Source of the DNA: the human T2T-CHM13v2.0 reference genome, Homo sapiens
Assembly: GCF_009914755.1 (NCBI RefSeq)
Contig: NC_060928.1
Length of the DNA: 64,000 bases
Strand: one strand, 5' to 3'
The translations under genes and the position numbers were made by a program. The notes under the pieces were generated by a model. That model was given only the letters and a program-made list of their open reading frames with translations. It ran no database searches and had not been told where the DNA came from. Shown piece after piece: positions 14,872-64,000 of this stretch; position 1 is the stretch's first letter, and each line of letters starts with the position of its first letter.

Positions 14872-14903
14872 CCCCGCCCACCCTCGTCGACGTGATTCCC
14901 GCC
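14872..14903 (+). promoter_or_regulatory. GC box and E2F-like site
   Basis: CCCCGCCC 14872-14879; TTCCCGCC 14896-14903. Confidence 0.5.
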
Positions 14904-15122
14904 GTGAGGTAAGCGCCGGTGGAACCTAGAGCCCCGCGGAAGAGCAGAACGTTTGGGAGTGTGCAGCTCCTGGGCCCGGCTCAGGCCCGTCGCGGAGGCG
15001 CGGCGCAGGGGAGCGCTCGGGTGGGAGTCTCGCTCCTCCACCAGTTTATTGCGACGTAGCATCCAGGCCTAGGCCTCCCCGTCCATCCCCGCCGGACTCG
15101 GGCCTCTGGCAGCAGCGGGTGA

Positions 15123-54378
<39,256 letters not shown>

Positions 54379-54428
54379 ATATGTTTTTGTTTCATAATCA
54401 CTAACTTTAAACCAGTAGTTCTTTAATT

Positions 54429-54435
54429 TACGGGT
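54429..54435 (+). promoter_or_regulatory. miR-99/miR-100 family seed match in the 3' UTR
   Basis: TACGGGT is complementary to seed ACCCGUA, 50 nt after the stop; SMARCA5 is a reported miR-99/100 target (recalled). Confidence 0.7.
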
Positions 54436-54585
54436 CTTCATAAGATGTACTGTACAATGCTCAATTGTTATGTCATTTAAAGACATCAGGTTCATCTGTT
54501 TACTGAGCTAGAAACATAGTATGTAGTTTCACTTTTTTAAATGCAACAGCTGTGCTGAAATTTTTTTATCATTAACACTTGAAGT

Positions 54586-54591
54586 AATAAA
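54586..54591 (+). terminator. Candidate proximal poly(A) signal
   Basis: AATAAA followed by GT/T-rich sequence. Confidence 0.45.
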
Positions 54592-55521
54592 ATAGGCTTC
54601 ATTTATTACTAAGTGTTTCATTTGATTTATTTTTCTATTGTAGTTCCATTTGTGAAGATTGTGACTTTTTGTTTATTAGCTATAATTTCTACACTTGTAA
54701 GGCTTACAAACAAGTTAAAAAGAAAATTGCAAATAACATTTGTCCCTTTCAGTCTTCACCTAGTTGTGTAATTATTTTAATTCACTTTGCCTTTGCAGAA
54801 ATTTGGGTATTTTCTTTGTAGTGCTATTGAGTCTCATCTGGAAAGATTATATAAATTGCATTCTCCTTGCTTATGTGGGTAGAATGGGAGAAGAAGGCAA
54901 GACAAAGTATACTTAAATTCTATGCATATTTCTGTTATGCTTTCTGTTTTTTTTAGTTGATTCTGAAATGAATATGCCCTATTCTTTTGAAAGAATGGCC
55001 TTTTAGTTGTATAGCCAAAGACATTTAGTATTTTCCGGTTCCTTAAGGTATTACTGTACCATTTTGTAAAAGGAATATTATTATTATTATTTTTAATTAT
55101 TTGGTAAATATTTTGTCATATGACCTTCTGAAGCAGCCACAACTTAGATAATGTCAGAACTAAGGTGATTTTTTTTTTTTTAATTTTGAAAGCCCAGCCA
55201 AAATGAGGTGTGAATTTGTCATACTGTTACATTGAAATTGGTAACAAAATATATCCCCTCCCATTTGGACTTTTAGGGTAAATGAAAATTTTATTGTATT
55301 TTAAAGTAGTTTCTAAGTGTTAGCAAGACTGACTATAATTCCAGTTTCTGTTTTCTATGGACAGACCTGATAAACTGGAGACCCTAAAGCAGGAATACCC
55401 AAATTATAGTGTCAGGATTTTAGCTGTACCAGAGGCCTTTATGTGCTACACATAATTTGTATAAAATTTTATATGTGCAGATTGGGTACATAAACAGTTC
55501 TCCATTTTTCTAAGGGAATGC

Positions 55522-55545
55522 AATAAATGTAGCATCGTGAATAAA
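55522..55545 (+). terminator. Tandem AATAAA poly(A) signals, likely a major 3' end near 55.56 kb
   Basis: AATAAA at 55522 and 55540, upstream TGTA motifs, downstream gtggtcttttctttccatttcttt. Confidence 0.7.
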
Positions 55546-56158
55546 TATAACTTTTATAATCCGTAAAGTGGTCTTTTCTTTCCATTTCTTTAATTGTTTT
55601 CTCAATTTTTATTCACTTTTTCCTTTAGGACACATTTCCCTTAATTGGATATCTTTCCCTTAAATTTCTATTAGTAGTTGTTTTCATCTGCCCACATGTA
55701 ATTGAAGATTTAAAAAAAAAATTCTGATACCTGCAGTATTACTAATACTGCTTAATTTCTTGAAATGTGGAATTGCTGCTGTTAATGTCAAGCAAAACGC
55801 AGTATTTATGGCAAATTGTAAAGTAATTTGAATTTAGTGCTACCTCAAAATTAACTTTTTAAATACTATGTTAGATTCTTAACAGTTAAAGGTCTAATAC
55901 ATGCATGAGGAATGGTTACTTATGAAAGGAAAAAGAATTTGTAAGAGTTATCACCTCAGTTTGGAAGAAATTGAAAAAATGTAAGGCTGAAGAAAACTTA
56001 CGGAGGTCACAAAAGTGATGTTTTCAAGAGGAAGAGAAACTGGGAGGGAGATACACAGTGGAAATGCAAAATGAATCAAGTATAGTGGTAGCCCTGAGAG
56101 CTTAGGGACTCAAATGGAAACTGTGTGAAGGGAAACTCACTTGAAAAAAAAGCATGAA

Positions 56159-56783
<625 letters not shown>

Positions 56784-56839
56784 AAAGCATGAAAGATTGC
56801 TTAATTGTACATCTGACAAAGTGCTGGAGGCTATTATAA

Positions 56840-57177
<338 letters not shown>

Positions 57178-57225
57178 CATTTTGTTTTTCATAAAGTTGA
57201 GAGAAGCAAATCCTAAGCATAGAGT

Positions 57226-57415
57226 ACAAGTTGAGCATCCCTAATCAAAAAATCTAAAATCAGAAATGCTCCATAATTTGAATGCTCATTAGGGCATTTC
57301 TGATTTTTGGATTAGGGATGCTGAACTGATAAGTATAATGCAAGTATTCTAAAGTCTGGAAAATGCTAAAAACACTTCTGGTTCCAGGCATTTCAGATAA
57401 GGATTGCTCCATCTG
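57226..57415. mobile_element. Tigger4/MER46-like MITE
   Basis: tacaagttgagcatccctaatc...tttttggattagggatgctgaac...catttcagataagg. Confidence 0.7.
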
Positions 57416-58613
57416 CCCTTTGAGTATTTAATATATGCCGATTGTTTGAACTAATCTGGATTTAATTATATAAATGATTATATAAATGATCTTTGGCTTA
57501 GTACCTTTCTTAATCTCGATCTTAAAAAGCATTGTAAAACACCCCTGTGGTTTTTCAGAAAAATTCTGAGTAAAAAATAAATTTCATCTTGTTCTATCCC
57601 TTTGAATCTAAAAAACAAATCTTTTTGAAAGGATGTGCTACTATATTTCAAACCAGTAGTTTTGGAGTAGAACATTGCTAAAAAAATGGGTACTAAGGAG
57701 GGTAATTTAAACAAAGTAGATTAATGACACAAGGTGGATTGATGAACTCATAAATCCAAATGAATGGAATGCTAGAAGACATGTATTAACGGAGTAGCTG
57801 TTACCAAAATATATACATATTTTGTATATGTACATAGCTGTTACCAAAATGTATCTTTGCCTGTTGGAATCTGATGTCAAGATCAAAGGTGAGGGCATCC
57901 CTCAGATGACAGATAATGGGCAAAATACATTCTTGGTGTGGAGCAGTGCTGCAGAATTAACTTCGCTGTGTACATCCCAGAATCGTTTTGGATCTGTTAA
58001 GGTTTTTATTAGAATGATTAAATAGGCTTTTGCAGCATTAACTTTACAGTAGTTACCAGAAAAGACTATGCTACAAGAACCAAAATTGAAGTAAGAAGAA
58101 AAAGACTGAAATGATATGATTCTAAATGAAAAAAATGAAGAAGTGGAATAGTTTCTCCACAGGCATAAGAGGCAAAGCATTGTTTCAGAAGTGGACTGGC
58201 ACCTCACCTGAGATACTCAAGACTGGCAACATGGGTCTACATTCTTTGTTACCACAGATTCCCTTGTGTCCGGAGAGATTCCCTAGCTCTAATGACAGAT
58301 TTTTTGGGGGGTAATGAGGCTATGAGAAGATTGAGGATCTAGGTACTTGCCTTTAACTCTACAGCATACAAGGTGTGTGGCTCTTATCTCTAGGACACCA
58401 ATATTTAATGTTGCATATCATGTATCTCCAGTACAAGAAGAAAGTTTATCAGAATTTAGTTAATGTTGGAAACTTTGTAATATAAACAATGTAAACACTA
58501 CATTGACAAAAATATTTTATTAATACAAAGAATATGCATATAGTTTGCTTACTACAGAAATTCTTGTTTTTGATGTAGACAATCCAAAGGAGTTTTTATG
58601 TATATAGATTGTG

Positions 58614-58666
58614 AATAAATTGGGAAAAGAAATAGAGATAAGTAGAGATTATTTCACTTCATTAAA
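58614..58666 (+). terminator. Candidate distal poly(A) signals for a long 3' UTR isoform
   Basis: AATAAA 58614-58619 and ATTAAA 58661-58666, upstream TGTA, T/GT-rich downstream. Confidence 0.5.
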
Positions 58667-59064
58667 CTTTTGAAGTCCTAATTTAGTTCATGTGATTATT
58701 TGTAAACTTTTCTTTATTAGTCTTCCTCAATCATTGAAGAACCCAGGATTCAAATACAATACTTAATGGAAACACTTTTTCATCCCAAACTAAATCCTGC
58801 CCTGAAAGCCGAATTCACTATGAAATCTGAGATGAAACTCCAAGGCTATTATGCTGGCCAGTGGAAGGTTGGTTCACCCCTCTTGAGGTGACATTAGGGT
58901 GGTCTGCAGACATCACTGGAGTGGACAAAGAGATGCCTGGGTGGTTGGGGAAAGGACAGATCATAGACAACAGTAGCCTCTTTCTAGAGCTCAGTTGCAA
59001 TAAATACCACAGTTACTCATCAGACACACTGGCAGTTCTACTTATTCCCATGTTTCAAAACTAG

Positions 59065-59450
<386 letters not shown>

Positions 59451-60583
59451 TGATGCAGATTGATAATTTCTTGAGTGAGGCAGTGCTGTTGCCTAGTAGC
59501 AAGGCTTAGCTGGGTGAGACATTACTAGCTGCCTTCAGAAGCGGATCTCTGCCCTGAAGTTTACCAGCCTGCTTTCCTTGATGCCCATGCTGGCTGGGTG
59601 TAGGGATCCTGAGTGGAGGGAAAAAGAAGAATAGATGATACAGATTTGCTGTGCAAAGGCGGAGTTCTTACTGGCTCTTCCTCACAAACAGGCTGGTGAT
59701 TAGCTGACTTTCAGATTCCCTTCTGGGAGGTGGCAAGGGGCCATCTGGTCATCCTAGCTTTGCAAGGAGTAACTTTTTTTTTTTTTCATTTTATATGCCC
59801 TTTAATCCCAGTAGATGGATAGGTTTGCTTTCTTAGTATGCTTTCCAGTTGTAGAAAGGTCTTTTCTCTGGGTATTGGCTTTCCCCCAGCCTCCTATTTT
59901 TTGCGCTCCCCCTCCTCCCCAGCCACCTCTTTCCCTGGGAGCCAACTTGATAAAAGTAACGGCACAAGTCTTGCAGAATACTCCTACCAATCTAAATGCT
60001 GCAGACGCCACAGTGCTTTTTTCTCACCCTTAATAGTCGTAAGATAAGTTAGAGGAAGCTCCTTCAAGAGTACGCTGAGTTTAGTTTCTTCACAGCAGGA
60101 ACTAATCTTTAAAAAAAATTATCATTGGGCTCCTTATTGTAACTGGACAGTACTGGAACTGGGTGGGTGCTTGATAAGAGAATGAATAGTTTAGGTAGTT
60201 ACAATGAAACCACAGGCACCTGTAGAGGTCTCCCCAGGCTCACCTTGACGCTCTGATTGGCGGCTGCAGACCCCATCCGCGAGATGGCAGTGTTAGGAAC
60301 AAAGGTGAGCTGCCCACTGCAGGTCAAACGCTGCCGGCTACCAGCTGCAGCTGGGAGTGAAAGACTAGAATACAGAAAGGCGCAGGCAGTCACGTAGGAC
60401 TAGGCCGGGTTTAACACCCGAACAGTGGTGCTAGAAGGTCAGAGTCTTCTACGTACATGTTGGAAACATCCTTGATTGTCTAGCACCAAGACTTTTAAAC
60501 ACAGGGGGACAAATCATCACTTTGGGTATTTGTAATTGTTCGTCAGTTCAAATCTCTTGGTTTTAAAAAAATACTTTCCCTCT

Positions 60584-61320
60584 GCGCGACTGGCGCGTCA
60601 CGTCGCGCGCGACCAGTCCGCAGGGCTCCTCCCGCGCTGCTGATAGGCCCGCAGACGGCGGCCCAGCAGAGGAGCGGAAAGCATGGTCCGGGGGGCGGCG
60701 GACGCCTGGTAGGCGCTCGGGCCGTTGTTGTGGGGCTGCGCGCTGGCGCTGCAGGGCGGGATGCTGTACCCAAGAGAGAGGCCGTCGCGGGAGCGGAAGA
60801 AGCTGGACCGCCTCTGGAGCTTCCGCGCCGACTTCTTCGACAAACTGTGCCTTGGCTTCTAGGAGTAGTGGTATCGGCGTCTGCTGCGAGAGTCGGGCTC
60901 CACCATGGACATACCGGTTCCCTCCAGCTTCAACGACGTTGGCCAGGACTGGCGGCTGCGGCATTTTGTAGACCAGATGTGGTACGAACGGGAGGTGACC
61001 TTCCTGGAGCAATGGACCCAGGACCTGCACACAAGAGTGGTACTGAGGATTGTCAGTGCCCACTCCTATGCCATCGTGTGGGTGAATGGGGTCGACGCGC
61101 TAGAGCATGAGGGATCTACCTCCCCTTTGACACCGACATCAGTAGCCTGTTCCAGGTGGGGCCCCTGCCCTCCCGCCTCCGCATCACTATCACCATCGGC
61201 AACATGCTCATCTCCTCCACCCTGCCACCAGGGAGCATCCTCGACATGGCCGACACCTCCACGTGGGTACCATCCTGCTTCCACCGCAGACACCCACCTT
61301 CCTGTCCCACCCCGTGGGGC
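60584..61320 (+). pseudogene. GUSBP5: Beta-glucuronidase (GUSB) pseudogene: 5' UTR plus intronless exons 1-3, continuing into intron-3-like sequence
   Basis: ATG 60683 reads [29 protein letters not shown]..., then [35 protein letters not shown]. In-frame TAG at 60710, 60860 and 60866; 1-nt frameshift near 61113. The symbol is inferred from the position next to SMARCA5. Confidence 0.88.
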
Positions 61321-62569
61321 ATTACATTAGGGTAATTACATTAGGTAAGTCACATATCAGTGACTTACAAATTTTGTAAGTAATTAAGAAATTTTCAATA
61401 AGTGTGGAGCTGAATATTTACATGAGCCCTTCAAAAACTGATAGTTAATGGAATAAATGAAAATAACAGGAGAGACTTTGTTGAAAGAAGACAAAATAGT
61501 CAAGGAAGTGATAGAGGATACAAAAGAAAGATGAAAACTTACATTCATTTAATGTCTAACCGTGTGCCAAAAGACAATATTATTATTTAGTTTTCATAAC
61601 CACAACATTTGGTGGATATGATTGCTTCCATTATATAGGTTAGGAAAGTAAAGCTTAGGGGTTTGTGAACCCACTAGTTTAAAGTTGTGTAGCCAATAGG
61701 TGGTTGAGTGAGAATTCAAAACTGGAACAGATTTGCTTGATCCAGAATGGTATAACTTTATTGTCCATGCATTGTCTTCTACATTTTACTGCCTGTAAAG
61801 TGGGAGTCAGTTATGGGAGGAGACCCAGAATGTCACAGGTTTTGAAAGCTGCTGTGGAAAATTTGGAAGGAGGCATTGGATTTAATGACTGATACAGGTC
61901 AGTGCAGATTGACCTTGGAGAGAACAGTTTTCTTCAGTGGCATGGTAGTGTTCAAAACAGGATCTGATGGTAAAGAAAATGTAGAACCAGTGTGTGTAGA
62001 CTCCTTGATGGAAAAGTTTATTTGTAAAATATCAGAGGAAAATTATAATATAGATTTGTCCATTCAAACCCCAAAGTCCAGATTCTTACTGCAATATTTG
62101 ATGTAGCCAATATACAGCAGTTGAGTTCAATTTTGGCCCCTGTTTATGTGTATGCTAAAGAAAAATAACAATCCTAAGCCTATGCCACTTAAACAAGAGG
62201 ATGTGATTATACTATGAAACACTTGTGACCATAGGAATATAGCAGTGCTAAGGCAAAATAGGTCTTAACTTGACTTTTCCTGTCATTTGCTGCCATTGTT
62301 TGCCAAAGGTCTAGCACCTATCTTCAGAGGAAAGTCAAGAAATTAGTGCTCAGATGGTGGGATGAATTCCTGAATTATTGTTGGCTCTAGTAGTTTCTTC
62401 AGATCAATTTTATAGTTTCTTTAGAACTAGAAAATTAGGTCTCAGAATGGCAGTTGGCCACCCAATGTGTATAATACAATTACTCAACCAGCTGCTTGAA
62501 AGCAAGGGGCAACAGAGAAGTCAGCTACTGGCTCAGGCAACAGGAAATTTGATGATACTCCTTGGTCAA

Positions 62570-63140
62570 ATCATTCATTTAACATACATTTATATAGAAC
62601 CTTTCTGTATCAGGCACCATTCTAGGTACCACAGATAAAACAATAAAGAGAACTGACAAAACCTCAGCCTTCATGGAGTTTATATGCTAACACATATGCA
62701 TAAACAAACACATATAAAAATCCAGAAAGTCGTTACTGCTGTGAAGACAAACAACACAGAGTAAGCAGATACTGATGTTGGGTTGTTGCCTTAAGGTGGT
62801 CAGCAAAGTTGTTTCCGGGGAAATGACATTTGGATGAAAAACTGAATAATGTAAGAGAGTTAACCATCAAACATCTGTGTGAAGATCTTTAGGAGGAGTG
62901 GGGGAACCGCAAGTGCAAAAGCCCTGTGATGGGAAAGTGCTTGTTATGTTTGAAGAACAGCAGTAAGACACCATGGCTGGAGTGTAGTGGGGGAGGGAGA
63001 GAGAGGTGGTAAATAATAATGGAGACTTAGTTAGGGCCACATCATGTAAATAGAGCTTTTACAGTCTTGTAGACAAGAAATATGTTTTGATTTTTCCCTA
63101 AGTCCACAAAATAGTTTGTGATAGAAAGCCATCGAAAGAT
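62570..63140 (-). mobile_element. L2 3' fragment
   Basis: tcattcatttaacatacatttat...caggcaccattctagg...gccttcatggagtttata...aagtgcaaaagccctg. Confidence 0.65.
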
Positions 63141-64000
63141 TGAAAACAGGGGAGTATTATTTGTAACCTCAGTTGCTGTTCCATGCAGGCATAGGAAAGA
63201 ATAATGCTTCCTTGCTCCATATCTATTGCTGAAACAGTTCTCCATGATCTCTTTAGTCTGAGGACAAATGACATTTTTCTGGTTACAAGACAGAGGGGAT
63301 ATGCCATCCTAGGCATTGAGATTGGGAAATATCAAGCATGCATGTGACTGCCAAGTATTAAACCCCATTTTCTGATGACCACTAGGGTTCTAGGTATCAG
63401 CCCATAAAGTGAGCTTTTTCTGAGAAGAAGGAAAGATGGCAGGTAGAAATGATTGAGCTGGTAAAGAAGACTGAGGCTTATTGTTAAGGTCTGGGGCCTA
63501 AAAATGTCAGGGTTCAAAGTGATCAATTTGGAAAATAAAGAGATTTGGACCCTCCTCTGAAATCAGGGAGTAGTGAATATGTGGAGTCAGAAAGTAACTG
63601 CAAATTCTGGAGAAACTGTGGAAGCAGCATTTTGTAGGAGGGTGGGGGAAACAACACCCTCAACTAGTATTTCTACCTTCTGGTAAATCTATTACTTTAA
63701 CTTTACCTCTGCCAGTCAATAAAACTTTTTCATGTTTTGGTACATTTAAAAAATACTTTTCCTCTTTCTATTACTTAAATTTCACATTAGAGGTTGATGT
63801 GGGCACCCAATGACAGCGTGTAGGGGCACATTTTTCTACTGTGTGGTTAACTCTGCTTGGTATCTGACTTGTTAACAGATCTTCTTGCTGGATACATATC
63901 TCTAGGAACAGAATTAATCTTTTTTCCATTTTAGAGGCCAGAAAACCCATGAAGAAAGGTAATAAGAAATTTGATTCCTGGTTATATTATAAATTATTGA

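Noticed and set aside
60563-61063. 166-aa minus-strand ORF over the GUSB copy
   Set aside because: Antisense shadow of GC-rich coding sequence with no recognisable domain.
60683-61260. Functional GUSB gene
   Set aside because: Three in-frame stops, a frameshift, no introns 1-2 and no catalytic-domain exons.

Overview
Primate (most likely human) genomic DNA, AT-rich and repeat-rich, with no prokaryotic features. The main feature is the complete + strand SMARCA5 gene (SNF2H, the ISWI chromatin-remodelling ATPase). It has a CpG-island promoter at about 14.3-16.1 kb and 24 coding exons from ATG 15138 to TGA 54378. I spliced these by hand: all introns are GT-AG and phase-consistent, giving 3159 nt = 1052 aa plus stop. 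Several candidate poly(A) signals follow out to about 58.7 kb. Two unusual retrocopies lie downstream of the stop. (1) A 5'-inverted (twin-primed) HNRNPA1 retrocopy with target-site duplication (TSD) at 56159-56783, inside the putative long 3' UTR. It gives about 445 nt antisense to HNRNPA1 mRNA plus a sense poly(A) signal. (2) A CpG-rich GUSB pseudogene with exons 1-3 spliced, running on into intron 3. An 18-bp TSD plus AATAAA suggests it is only the 5' quarter of a 3.16-kb chimeric retro-insertion (60584-63747). The first 14 kb is intergenic LTR/L1/Alu sequence. Gene and repeat identities come from my recall of reference sequences, not database searches, and repeat boundaries are approximate. 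I found no convincing wholly new biological system; the two retrocopy architectures and several splicing/circRNA predictions are the best leads.
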